Below, in pieces: positions 49,701-56,648 of a DNA stretch of 64,000 bases; the first letter of the stretch is position 1, and every line of letters begins with the position of its first letter. This DNA is from Octopus bimaculoides (Eukaryota): NCBI RefSeq assembly GCF_001194135.2, contig NC_068981.1:194584458-194648457 (forward strand), in the 5' to 3' direction. Below the pieces are notes generated by a model, which was not told the DNA's origin, searched no databases, and was given only the letters and a program-made list of their open reading frames with translations. The position numbers and the translations under genes were made by a program.

Positions 49701-49808
49701 ATCATTGTTTCACTTTATTGTATTTCCTTGTAGACTGTGGAACAGTTGGACCCTGGAACCTGTTAGAGATCTTGTTGATGAAGCACTGAAGGGCAAGCAG
49801 ATTTTGAG
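829..49808 (+). CDS. LYST: Lysosomal trafficking regulator (LYST/CHS1/Beige), partial spliced CDS, 35 exons visible; 5' part outside window, last exon not visible
   Basis: All exons below have AG/GT boundaries and consecutive phases match (sum 5339 nt = 1779 codons + 2). The translation contains BEACH hallmarks ([83 protein letters not shown]), WQLDPTEGP before the PH domain, and WD40 repeats. LYST rather than NBEA/LRBA/WDFY rests on recalled similarity to human LYST (e.g. [27 protein letters not shown]). Confidence 0.95.
2130..2590 (+). mobile_element. RTE-like 3'UTR-only copy (representative of ~20 more)
   Basis: Same 3'UTR and tail. Other copies at approx. 1930-2085+, 3860-3990+, 7290-7720+, 11190-11700-, 12150-12435+, 13480-13950+, 15840-16030+, 17100-17320+, 17720-18000+, 19185-19375-, 23215-23670-, 29600-29903+, 30200-30580+, 32150-32385-, 37770-37980-, 38345-38962+, 42590-42760-, 44725-45157+, 49072-49530-, 49950-50300-. 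Confidence 0.8.
2721..2919 (+). CDS. LYST: LYST exon 2, phase 0/1
   Basis: cag|GAA...TGGG|gtaagt; [11 protein letters not shown]...[29 protein letters not shown]. Confidence 0.88.
3272..3542 (+). mobile_element. Family D: tRNA-headed element with internal (AAT)n and hammerhead-bearing tail, monomer
   Basis: A/B-box-like head (TAGTGG...GAGTTCAATTCC), (AAT)n spacer, tail shared with copies at 25.1, 36.1-36.5 and 47.1 kb; 12-bp TSD gagagtttggtg at 3260-3271 and 3543-3554. Confidence 0.85.
3433..3478 (+). ncRNA. Minimal type-I hammerhead ribozyme motif (family D)
   Basis: GACAC-CUGAUGA-A-GGCUG(10 nt)CAGCC-GAAA-CG-UU-GUGUU: helix I 5 bp, helix II 5 bp, helix III palindromic ACGU; activity untested. 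Confidence 0.7.
5449..5562 (+). CDS. LYST: LYST exon 3, phase 1/1
   Basis: ctcag|GT...AAAG|gtaagg; [38 protein letters not shown]. Confidence 0.75.
5775..6248. mobile_element. Two tandem copies of a second piggyBac-type MITE (~230 bp each)
   Basis: 5775-6008 and 6017-6248 are direct repeats ending ...aaaggttaa / ...aagacttaa; related element at 8843-9063. Confidence 0.7.
6381..6905 (+). CDS. LYST: LYST exon 4 (Ser/Asp-rich linker), phase 1/1
   Basis: ttctag|GC...GCTG|gtatgg; 525 nt open; GLFRTVSF...RPRSASYP...D9...[11 protein letters not shown]. Confidence 0.85.
8081..8223 (+). CDS. LYST: LYST exon 5, phase 1/0
   Basis: ccag|GT...CGG|gtaagt; [13 protein letters not shown]...[13 protein letters not shown]. 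Confidence 0.9.
9199..9368 (+). CDS. LYST: LYST exon 6, phase 0/2
   Basis: gcag|CTC...GAAGG|gtaagt; [31 protein letters not shown]...FTMDE. Confidence 0.92.
9514..10301. other. Assembly gap (N); other gaps at 4867-5076, 20250-20715, 45698-45774, 51206-52090, 53459-53482, 54939-54948, 56248-56602
   Basis: N runs, mostly bounded by microsatellites or repeats. Confidence 1.
10322..10870 (-). mobile_element. Family F Penelope-like non-autonomous element in (TA)n, with ~125-bp inverted tail copy
   Basis: Inverted repeat ~10425-10548 / ~10747-10870; hammerhead motif on minus strand 10567-10641. Confidence 0.75.
10567..10641 (-). ncRNA. Hammerhead ribozyme motif (family F), palindromic helix III
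   Basis: UUUCCUG-CUGAUGA-UAGCU...AGCUU-GAAA-CCAUGG-UU-CACGAAA; helix I has 1 mismatch; helix II contains a 9-bp sub-hairpin. Confidence 0.65.
10965..11094 (+). CDS. LYST: LYST exon 7, phase 2/0
   Basis: ccag|C...CAG|gtaaga; [27 protein letters not shown]...ILHQ. Confidence 0.88.
11254..11438. mobile_element. Family E snap-back (inverted-tail) copy nested in an RTE-like tail
   Basis: Inverted arms ~11312-11364 and ~11389-11438; 12-bp TSD atg(g/a)gttggatg at 11242-11253 and 11439-11450. Confidence 0.8.
12478..12582. repeat. (CT)n microsatellite upstream of exon 8 acceptor
   Basis: Direct reading. Confidence 0.95.
12629..12729 (+). CDS. LYST: LYST exon 8, phase 0/2
   Basis: gcag|ATG...AACAG|gtaagt; [33 protein letters not shown]. 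Confidence 0.88.
13220..13435 (-). mobile_element. tRNA-derived SINE family B
   Basis: Head ggcggcgagctggcagaaacgttagc...gagttcaaattcc; 14-bp TSD aggagataaatatt at 13206-13219 and 13436-13449. Other copies approx. 8500-8670-, 12860-12985-, 26180-26412-, 30815-31100-, 35545-35735+, 40067-40195+, 55250-55450+, 58110-58300+, 58603-58820+, 61335-61545+, 63115-63330+, 63353-63580+. Confidence 0.88.
14615..14689 (+). CDS. LYST: LYST exon 9, phase 2/2
   Basis: acag|A...TTTAG|gtaatt; [24 protein letters not shown]. Confidence 0.82.
14901..15329 (+). mobile_element. tRNA-derived SINE family A (full length, internal (TA)n/(GT)n), nested in a piggyBac-type MITE
   Basis: A box TGGCTGTGTGG, B box GGTTCAGTCCC. 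Other copies approx. 1-190+, 4386-4770+, 8284-8450+, 18645-18810+, 22788-22890-, 28545-28826-, 43496-43800+, 50575-50735-, 50896-51205-, 62131-62498+. Confidence 0.88.
16171..16256 (+). CDS. LYST: LYST exon 10, phase 2/1
   Basis: ttcag|C...TATG|gtaagt; [28 protein letters not shown]. Confidence 0.85.
16511..16723 (+). mobile_element. piggyBac-type MITE
   Basis: TTAA flanks, TIR cctttagcatt/aatgctaaaggg; related copies 14778-15430, 32647-32872, 41755-42305. Confidence 0.8.
16840..16971 (+). CDS. LYST: LYST exon 11, phase 1/1
   Basis: tacag|GT...AACA|gtaagt; [27 protein letters not shown]...RSKTN. Confidence 0.8.
17400..17730 (+). repeat. Minisatellite with alternating 42/40-bp units (82-bp higher-order repeat)
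   Basis: catggaggcaa starts at 17433, 17475, 17515, 17557, 17597, 17639, 17679, 17721. Confidence 0.95.
18286..18507 (+). CDS. LYST: LYST exon 12, phase 1/1
   Basis: caag|AT...GGGG|gtaaga; ...[21 protein letters not shown]. Confidence 0.82.
19756..19892 (+). CDS. LYST: LYST exon 13, phase 1/0
   Basis: ctag|AT...CAG|gtcagt; [15 protein letters not shown]...[17 protein letters not shown]. Confidence 0.8.
19955..20249 (+). repeat. 30-bp minisatellite (ggccttccccctggctcctcccatctctgc), running into a gap
   Basis: About 10 units, more homogeneous toward the gap. Confidence 0.92.
21191..21322 (+). CDS. LYST: LYST exon 14, phase 0/0
   Basis: tttag|ACA...TGG|gtgagt; [20 protein letters not shown]...[15 protein letters not shown]. 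Confidence 0.85.
22281..22457 (+). CDS. LYST: LYST exon 15, phase 0/0
   Basis: tacag|GTT...CAG|gtacgt; [19 protein letters not shown]...KGKLEQ. Confidence 0.85.
23009..23085 (+). CDS. LYST: LYST exon 16, phase 0/2
   Basis: gaag|GAA...AGCAG|gtatat; [25 protein letters not shown]. Confidence 0.8.
24555..24746 (+). CDS. LYST: LYST exon 17, phase 2/2
   Basis: tcag|G...GAGAA|gtgagt; [22 protein letters not shown]...[14 protein letters not shown]. Confidence 0.92.
24767..25003. mobile_element. Family E snap-back copy
   Basis: Arms gtaaagattgtttgccaac...gaatgttg and caacattcatcc...caatctttac; same sequence family as 11254 and 40261. Confidence 0.8.
25015..25364. mobile_element. Family D head-to-head dimer (left arm internally deleted)
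   Basis: Inverted tail 25015-25105 joined to palindromic junction 25104-25137 centred on cccatggg, then a full + copy with decayed hammerhead at 25269-25314. Confidence 0.8.
25853..25998 (+). CDS. LYST: LYST exon 18, phase 2/1
   Basis: ctcag|G...TTAA|gtaagt; [33 protein letters not shown]. Confidence 0.95.
26482..27060 (+). mobile_element. RTE-like LINE 3' end (ORF2 C-terminus + 3'UTR + (GAT)n tail)
   Basis: [42 protein letters not shown], then the shared tail ggttagcattaggaagggcatccagctgta...gatgatga. Confidence 0.85.
27238..27343 (+). CDS. LYST: LYST exon 19, phase 1/2
   Basis: ttcag|CG...ATCCA|gtaagt; [20 protein letters not shown]...TSEKI. Confidence 0.9.
27925..28131. mobile_element. 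Tc1/mariner-type MITE, right end eroded
   Basis: ggcctaaaagtaggtttacagttat versus ataactgtaaccctacttttgggcc. Confidence 0.65.
28284..28343 (-). ncRNA. Degenerate hammerhead motif inside an inverted-repeat element (~28222-28490)
   Basis: CUGCA-CUGAUGA-(UUAG)AAAGU...ACUUU-GAAA-UCAUAUGA-UU-UGCAG; helix III is the 10-nt palindrome AUCAUAUGAU. Confidence 0.6.
28899..28960 (+). CDS. LYST: LYST exon 20 (PH-BEACH), phase 2/1
   Basis: ttag|G...ATAG|gtaaag; [20 protein letters not shown]. Confidence 0.9.
30637..30695 (+). CDS. LYST: LYST exon 21 (PH-BEACH), phase 1/0
   Basis: ttcag|GT...CAG|gtaaga; [20 protein letters not shown]. Confidence 0.88.
31507..31659 (+). CDS. LYST: LYST exon 22 (PH-BEACH), phase 0/0
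   Basis: aacag|GTG...GAG|gtaagt; ...[36 protein letters not shown]. Confidence 0.95.
33505..33749 (+). CDS. LYST: LYST exon 23 (BEACH start), phase 0/2
   Basis: gcag|GAA...TATAG|gtaagt; ...[34 protein letters not shown]. Confidence 0.97.
34038..34465 (-). mobile_element. Possible solo LTR
   Basis: TGTTT...AACCA termini on the minus strand, internal TATAAAA; TSD not cleanly resolved. Confidence 0.35.
34644..35292 (-). mobile_element. 5'-truncated R4/Dong-clade-like non-LTR retrotransposon (CCHC knuckle + RLE)
   Basis: CRICG..(frameshift)..[61 protein letters not shown]; same 3' end as 46714-47100; (TAA)n on both sides. Confidence 0.88.
36025..36091 (+). CDS. LYST: LYST exon 24 (BEACH), phase 2/0
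   Basis: ccag|A...CAG|gtaaat; [22 protein letters not shown]. Confidence 0.93.
36123..36550. mobile_element. Family D head-to-head dimer, right arm truncated by an RTE insertion
   Basis: Minus copy 36123-36369 and plus copy 36384-36550 meet at gccatatgc-ttatgga-cccatgggcatatggc. Confidence 0.85.
36551..37080 (+). mobile_element. RTE-like LINE 3' end
   Basis: [26 protein letters not shown] followed by family 3'UTR. Confidence 0.82.
37236..37395 (+). CDS. LYST: LYST exon 25 (BEACH), phase 0/1
   Basis: ttcag|TAC...CAAG|gtaagt; ...[32 protein letters not shown]. Confidence 0.97.
37525..37770. repeat. Compound (CAT/CAC)n microsatellite
   Basis: Contiguous with the tail of a minus-strand RTE-like copy. 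Confidence 0.9.
38174..38314 (+). CDS. LYST: LYST exon 26 (BEACH), phase 1/1
   Basis: tacag|AT...GAAG|gtagga; FDLPDRTFH...[10 protein letters not shown]. Confidence 0.97.
38656..38914 (-). mobile_element. tRNA-derived SINE family H nested in an RTE-like tail
   Basis: 12-bp TSD cgtccaacctat at 38644-38655 and 38915-38926; head tggcttagtggttagggtg...ggtttcaattcc; related split copy at 62036-62130 and 62499 onward. Confidence 0.82.
39125..39698 (+). mobile_element. RTE-like LINE 3' end (rearranged)
   Basis: [12 protein letters not shown] remnant, family 3'UTR, (GAT)n tail. Confidence 0.8.
40261..40728 (-). mobile_element. Family E partial-tandem copy (353-bp unit, ~1.3 copies) with hammerhead-like motif
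   Basis: 115-bp direct repeat 40263-40377 / 40616-40730; 13-bp TSD atactattaactt at 40248-40260 and 40729-40741; minus-strand UCUGUG-CUGAUGA...CACAGA at 40481-40524. Confidence 0.8.
41060..41277 (+). CDS. LYST: LYST exon 27 (BEACH), phase 1/0
   Basis: atag|GA...GCT|gtgagt; FDFGTKQ...LPSW...HRQALES...[12 protein letters not shown]...INVFHPA. Confidence 0.97.
41443..41628 (+). CDS. LYST: LYST exon 28 (BEACH end), phase 0/0
   Basis: acag|ACG...ATG|gtaagt; TYFGVDV...[12 protein letters not shown]. Confidence 0.95.
41911..42226 (-). mobile_element. Compound SINE family B insertion within a piggyBac-type MITE (41755-42305)
   Basis: 16-bp TSD aaagct(g/a)tgagataat; two SINE heads. Confidence 0.8.
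42889..43084 (+). CDS. LYST: LYST exon 29, phase 0/1
   Basis: tacag|ATC...CGAG|gtaatt; ...[13 protein letters not shown]...[10 protein letters not shown]. Confidence 0.93.
43998..44124. mobile_element. Tc1/mariner-type MITE
   Basis: 29-bp TIR cagggtgtccacaaagtctgggtacatgg (43998-44026) and its reverse complement with 1 mismatch (44096-44124); TA on the left flank. Confidence 0.85.
44185..44321 (+). CDS. LYST: LYST exon 30 (WD40), phase 1/0
   Basis: acag|GT...CAG|gtcagc; ...[19 protein letters not shown]...PVNFLQ. Confidence 0.92.
44609..44707 (+). CDS. LYST: LYST exon 31 (WD40), phase 0/0
   Basis: ttcag|ACC...AAG|gtaagt; [25 protein letters not shown]. Confidence 0.92.
45608..45681 (-). 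ncRNA. Hammerhead ribozyme motif with GUC site (family F-related copy 45486-45697)
   Basis: CUGAUGA-GAACUU(loop)AAGUUC-GAAA-CC-AAA-GG-UC; helix I degenerate; flank shares ggaatgaaaaataaaaacattt with the 10.5-kb copy. Confidence 0.7.
46410..46552 (+). CDS. LYST: LYST exon 32 (WD40), phase 0/2
   Basis: tcag|AAA...AATCG|gtaagt; ...[35 protein letters not shown]. Confidence 0.95.
46570..47312 (+). mobile_element. Family D copy interrupted by an R4/Dong-like fragment
   Basis: tRNA head 46592-46666, (AAT)n, insert, (AAT)n, tail 47141-47312 with hammerhead motif 47195-47240; 11-bp TSD ttcttgatttc at 46559-46569 and 47313-47323. Confidence 0.85.
46714..47100 (+). mobile_element. 5'-truncated R4/Dong-clade-like non-LTR retrotransposon (restriction-like endonuclease C-terminus)
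   Basis: [20 protein letters not shown]...[16 protein letters not shown]...VPVIVGALG...[18 protein letters not shown]; (TAA)n on both sides. Confidence 0.85.
47931..48028 (+). CDS. LYST: LYST exon 33 (WD40), phase 2/1
   Basis: cacag|G...GCTG|gtaaat; [28 protein letters not shown]. Confidence 0.93.
48330..48483 (+). CDS. LYST: LYST exon 34 (WD40), phase 1/2
   Basis: ttcag|AT...GTTCG|gtaagt; ...[23 protein letters not shown]...[12 protein letters not shown]. Confidence 0.93.
48821..49059 (+). mobile_element. SINE family B, alternative-tail variant
   Basis: 17-bp TSD agaaacagtactcatca at 48804-48820 and 49060-49076. Confidence 0.88.
49734..49808 (+). CDS. LYST: LYST exon 35 (WD40), phase 2/2; last visible exon
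   Basis: gtag|A...TTGAG|gtaagt; [24 protein letters not shown]. Confidence 0.9.
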
Positions 49809-51090
49809 GTAAGTTGAGGGTCTTTATTGTACTGTATTAATAAGAATTCATTGCATAACACTGGACTCTCTTTAGAATCAGTTTATATCTTTGGGTGCTG
49901 CGGATAGAATCATTGAACAGGCTCCATCATTCCCCAATCACTTTCTGTGACATCATCATCATCGTTTAACGTCCACTTTCCATGCTAGCATGGGTTGGAC
50001 GATTTGACTGAGGACTGGTGAACCGGATGGCTGCACCAGGCTCCAATCTGATCTGGCAGAGTTTCTACAGCTGGATGCCCTTCCAAACGCCGACCACTCC
50101 GAGTGTAGTGGGTGCTTTTACATGCCACCGGCACGAGGGCCAGTCACACGGTACTGGCAATGGCCTCGTTCAAAAGGTCTTTTCATGTGCCAGGAAGGCG
50201 AAGTTGGTAACGGTCACGTTCAAATGGTGCTATTTACGTGCCACCAGCACGAAAGCCAGACAGCTGGTGCTCTGGCAACGATCACGCTCGGACAGTGCTC
50301 TTAGTGATTTACTGGTACTGGTGCCAGTAAGTATATATATATATTTTGTATTCTTCCTTTCTACTTGGAGAGTTTAGATGTAGTTAGATGTCCTTCTGTT
50401 TAAATGTAATTTCATTAAAATTCTATATCTTTCTGCAGCTGAGGATTGCTCTGCATTTTACATTTGATGTAATGTTCACGTTGCTTAATTAAATGGAGTC
50501 GCATGAAACGACCGTACTGCATTAACTTTGGATATCCTTGTTGCTTATTTTGACTTGTATATATATACACACATACGATGTGCTTCTTTCAGTTTCTGTC
50601 TATGAAATCCACTCGGAAGGCTCTGGTCGGGCTGAGGCTTATAATAAAAGACACTTGCCCAAGGTGCCACGCAGTGGGACTGAACCCAGTACTATGTGGT
50701 TGGTAAGCAAGCTTCTTACCACACAGCTACGCCTGTGCCTCTTTATGTATACGTGATCTCAATCATTTGTTCATTTCATTTAATTTCTATTTCTCTATGC
50801 CAACATGGCTTAGATGGAAGAAGTAAGTTTAAAACAGAATTCTAACCTCCAGATGCACTTCCTGTTGTCAAAGATATATTGTCATTATATACTCTTTTAC
50901 TTGTTTCAGTCATTTGACTGTGGCCATGCTGGAGCACCGCTTTTTAGTCAAACAAATCGACCCCGGGACTCATTCTTTGTAAGCCTAGTACTTATTCTAT
51001 CGGTCTCTTTTTGCCGAACTGTTAAGTTACGGGGACGTAAACACTCCAGCATCGGTTGTCAAGCAATGTTGGGGGGAAAAACAGACATAC

Positions 51091-51132
<42 letters not shown>

Positions 51133-53256
51133 CGGGTTTCTTTCAGTTTCTGTCTACCAAATCCACTCACAAGGCTTTGGTGAGCCTGAGGCTATAGTAG
51201 AAGACNNNNNNNNNNNNNNNNNNNNNNNNNNNNNNNNNNNNNNNNNNNNNNNNNNNNNNNNNNNNNNNNNNNNNNNNNNNNNNNNNNNNNNNNNNNNNNN
51301 NNNNNNNNNNNNNNNNNNNNNNNNNNNNNNNNNNNNNNNNNNNNNNNNNNNNNNNNNNNNNNNNNNNNNNNNNNNNNNNNNNNNNNNNNNNNNNNNNNNN
51401 NNNNNNNNNNNNNNNNNNNNNNNNNNNNNNNNNNNNNNNNNNNNNNNNNNNNNNNNNNNNNNNNNNNNNNNNNNNNNNNNNNNNNNNNNNNNNNNNNNNN
51501 NNNNNNNNNNNNNNNNNNNNNNNNNNNNNNNNNNNNNNNNNNNNNNNNNNNNNNNNNNNNNNNNNNNNNNNNNNNNNNNNNNNNNNNNNNNNNNNNNNNN
51601 NNNNNNNNNNNNNNNNNNNNNNNNNNNNNNNNNNNNNNNNNNNNNNNNNNNNNNNNNNNNNNNNNNNNNNNNNNNNNNNNNNNNNNNNNNNNNNNNNNNN
51701 NNNNNNNNNNNNNNNNNNNNNNNNNNNNNNNNNNNNNNNNNNNNNNNNNNNNNNNNNNNNNNNNNNNNNNNNNNNNNNNNNNNNNNNNNNNNNNNNNNNN
51801 NNNNNNNNNNNNNNNNNNNNNNNNNNNNNNNNNNNNNNNNNNNNNNNNNNNNNNNNNNNNNNNNNNNNNNNNNNNNNNNNNNNNNNNNNNNNNNNNNNNN
51901 NNNNNNNNNNNNNNNNNNNNNNNNNNNNNNNNNNNNNNNNNNNNNNNNNNNNNNNNNNNNNNNNNNNNNNNNNNNNNNNNNNNNNNNNNNNNNNNNNNNN
52001 NNNNNNNNNNNNNNNNNNNNNNNNNNNNNNNNNNNNNNNNNNNNNNNNNNNNNNNNNNNNNNNNNNNNNNNNNNNNNNNNNNNNNNNNNNAAAAAAAAAA
52101 AAAAAAAAAAAAAAGAAATTTTTAGGGCATTAAAACTTATGAGAGGCCCAACCTCACATACAGGACCAGAGATGATTTTATTGAGACTTGTTTTGGAGGA
52201 AAAAAAGTGTGTATTATATACCATCAAATATGATATGTATTCTTCCTCACTCTTTTGGAAAAAAGTGAAAATTCTGAGAAATTTCAGGGTGTTTAAGACT
52301 GTTTTTTTTTTCTCTTTTTTTTACAGGATGGCACCAGCCATTATGTGACATCAGCACGTGTCATGCTAATTTACTTCCCAGAAACACTTTAAAAACTATT
52401 CCCACTGGGTGAAACTGTCTTGGAAGGGCTGTGGGGGCCATTTCTGTTGTCTGGTAAAAAACTATGGCAAAATCTTGTAAAATAGAACGAAGTTCTTTAT
52501 GAGTCAACATCCACAAAACAGTTTCAACAACTGAATTGCAATTTTAAGATGGTTAACGCCTACATTACAAAAATAAAGGCATTAATGATATGAATTCCAC
52601 ACCCTTCCCTACTTCATCTCCACCCCGTCTTCTTTTTGTAAAGATGACAGGATTTGGGGCTTGTGTAAGCGACGATAATTTTATAATCCAAGACTGGTCT
52701 CACTCACCTATTTGTAGATACTCACCTAGATTGTATTGGCAACAGATTGTCTCCCCTTCTTCAGTCTTTGGCACAATTCAGTTCTTGAACTTCTTACATA
52801 CACACGCACACATGAGAGAAAAATATATATCTGTATATATGCGTGTATGTTCGTATATATATATAATTATATATATATATATGCATACACATAAAATTTA
52901 TATTTAAAAAAAAGATTTTGACTAACTTCCAAGTTTTACTGAACAAGCATATCAAACAGTCTGTCGGTGAAACTTCAAAGTCACTGTCAACTCCTTTTAA
53001 AATAAATAAATATTTGGTTCAATGAATTTTTATATTTTTTTTTAGAATATAATACATCACTATTATTATAATCAATGTGCATTGTGTGTGCTTTTATATA
53101 ATTTCATATGCATGCATATATATATATATATATATATCTCACAGTATCAACAAGACTATTGGATGTTGTTATACATCATTGGTCACAATGCGCTTTGCAT
53201 TGTTTTAGCTATCAAATGATAACACCCCGTGTCATTTGAAAGCTAAATTATGTGTC

Positions 53257-53289
<33 letters not shown>

Positions 53290-53422
53290 ATAATTATATA
53301 TATATTTGCACATCCACCACATACTGAGTACAATAGCTGTGATGTGTTACATTCTAAAAGCTACAAAAATTTATTGACGAAAATATATATACACACACAC
53401 ACACACATACACATGTGGACAT

Positions 53423-53456
<34 letters not shown>

Positions 53457-53482
53457 AGNNNNNNNNNNNNNNNNNNNNNNNN

Positions 53483-53515
<33 letters not shown>

Positions 53516-54271
53516 GCAGATGTGTTTGTGTATATATATATATATATATATATATACAAACATTAATATTTTCCTCTCTTCTTCAATTAAAAAAAAGTAA
53601 AAGAAATTATATTTTAAAGATTGCTTATATTTCTTACGATAAAAAGTTTATTCTATCTTCTCAACATAAGCATCTCTAACGGAATATGAACACACACACA
53701 TACACCATGTGTGTGTGTCTATACATACACCACACACCCACATTGCATACATACGCTGAATAACAAAGTAAAAGTAATGTTTATTTTTTTTATCTAAAAT
53801 CCATGAAAGTTCACATTATATTTATCTGCCTTTCACTATTTATTGATTATAGATTATTGATCTAACCCACCGTCCTCCACACCCTGTAGCTTGCCAGTGT
53901 CTGTAAAAGATAAAACAAATCTCTTTTGTCCCATTTTGTATTACAATCTCACAGCAAAATATCAAAAGTTCATCTTAAAAGTTCCCTACCACCACCACCA
54001 CCACCACCACCACCACTTTCATCTGACCAACCACATCTTCCTCACCGACTGAACACTCCTCCACTGTCTTCCCACCACCAGCCCAGGATACTCCATACCA
54101 CACCCCATGTATCTATGCACTCTATCCCCAAATATATACACATACACACACTCACGTTAGCAGAAGTGTTTTCCTAACTTTCAAATTAATTTAAAATTTC
54201 AATAAGTGGAATTACATTTTCTGTACACTACTTGTGTCTGATAAACCTGTACATTCTATGTACGTTTATAC

Positions 54272-54307
<36 letters not shown>

Positions 54308-54390
54308 ATGTATATAGTATGTTTATTTGTATGCATATGTATGTGCTCATGTAAATGTATTTGTACTTGTGTATGTTTATATATGCATGT

Positions 54391-54440
<50 letters not shown>

Positions 54441-54948
54441 TTGTTTTATATATCATACACAATTATGTTACGGTGTTGTTGCAAGACAACTGTGTCGTAT
54501 AACTAGTGTGGTTGTATCTGTATTATTCCAACACCTAAAACACATGTGCCTCGTTGGTCTCCAGAACACAAGCACTCCTTCCTCCTTTTGACTTAACCCT
54601 ACCCCTCCTTGACTCAAAGCTGCCTGTGTATAGCTGACCAAAATCAGCCATACATTATATATACCCTGTTCACCACTTTCAAGCTGACCCCTAATATTTC
54701 TCCTACCTACCCATCCACCTACAAGCACGCACATACACACACCAGGGCCTTTCCCCCCCTTATTCTTTCTATATCCCTACTTCTATTTTGCTGTTTACAA
54801 TTTGGTATTCTTTACAGAAATGAAGAACTGATTTTTTTTTTTGTTCACCAGAGTCTGAGTTAAAAAAAAAAAAAACTGCAACACAAAAGCTGTTTCCTAT
54901 CGGGGAACACATTTCCTGATATTTCTTTAAGGCTTTCTNNNNNNNNNN

Positions 54949-54980
<32 letters not shown>

Positions 54981-55828
54981 ATCATTATTTTTAGGGCAGT
55001 GGATCAACAGAATTGTTGGAATATTGGATAAAATGCCTTGTGGTGTTTGTTCCAGCTTGTTACATTGTGTTACTTTCCTGTTGGGGTCAAATTTGCTTTT
55101 CATCTATCTGGGATTAATAGAATAAAGTACCAGTAAAGCACAGGGGCTAATGTAATTACCTGCCCCTCCCCTAAAAATTAGTGTCCTTCTCCCTGAATTA
55201 GAATTATTAATACCAGTAATTTCTGTTACCAATATTAGCAGGGGATAAGGTGGGGTCGTTGGCAGAACTGTTACCATGCTGGGCGAAATGCTTAGTGGCA
55301 TTTCATCCCTCTTTATGTTCTTAAGTCAACTTTGCCTTTCATCTCTTTGGTGGGGGTCACTAAAATAAATACCAGTTGCGCACTGGGGTCAATGTAATTG
55401 ACTTACTCCCCCTTCCCCTGAACTTGCTGGCCTTGTGCCAAAATTTGAAATCAGTGGATTGACAAAATCATCAAAGCAGTGGACGAAATACCTTTTGGTA
55501 TTTAGTTAGTCCTTGAAAATTCTGAGTTTGAATCCCATAGAGCTTAACTTTCAAGGGTCAATAAAGTGAAGTACCAGTCAAGTACTGGGATTGATATAAT
55601 CAATTAACCTCCCACTCCCCTCTCCTCCTGCTAAAATTCTTGGCACAATGCCAAAATGAGAATCATTATGAAGATGACGAGCTGGCAAAATTGTTAGCAG
55701 CATCAGAAGAATGCCGAGCGGCTTTCTTCCAGCTCTTTACATTCTGAATTCAAACCCAATGAGGCTCAACTTTGCCTTTCAGGTTCAACAATTGAACAAT
55801 ATAGAATACCAGTCAAGTACTGGGGTCA

Positions 55829-55859
<31 letters not shown>

Positions 55860-56602
55860 GTGTATCCACCTTCCCTGAAATTGCTGGCTTTGTGCCCAAA
55901 ATAGAATTATTATTATTATTATTAAATTACTGCAAATGTAAACAAATAGAGGAGTTTATTCCAAGTCCATCTGCACAATACTACCGTTATATTACTCTTA
56001 TGTCTGTGAGTAGCAAACTGTGAAAGGAACTACTGCTGTGTCTGCACATCACCATTATAATGTATTGGCTTTTAGTGGAAGAAAAACACTAGAGGTGGGC
56101 GGGGGTGGAGAGGGGGCAGGTAATATTGAACTCTAGTCTTCTGTTGCATGTGAATTCACGATCAAAACAAAATAAAGAATAAAAGTTCTTCCTTTCAATA
56201 AAAGTATTTTAAAGTGTACCATATTTTGGCGCTCTGCCCCCCCCCCCNNNNNNNNNNNNNNNNNNNNNNNNNNNNNNNNNNNNNNNNNNNNNNNNNNNNN
56301 NNNNNNNNNNNNNNNNNNNNNNNNNNNNNNNNNNNNNNNNNNNNNNNNNNNNNNNNNNNNNNNNNNNNNNNNNNNNNNNNNNNNNNNNNNNNNNNNNNNN
56401 NNNNNNNNNNNNNNNNNNNNNNNNNNNNNNNNNNNNNNNNNNNNNNNNNNNNNNNNNNNNNNNNNNNNNNNNNNNNNNNNNNNNNNNNNNNNNNNNNNNN
56501 NNNNNNNNNNNNNNNNNNNNNNNNNNNNNNNNNNNNNNNNNNNNNNNNNNNNNNNNNNNNNNNNNNNNNNNNNNNNNNNNNNNNNNNNNNNNNNNNNNNN
56601 NN

Positions 56603-56648
<46 letters not shown>

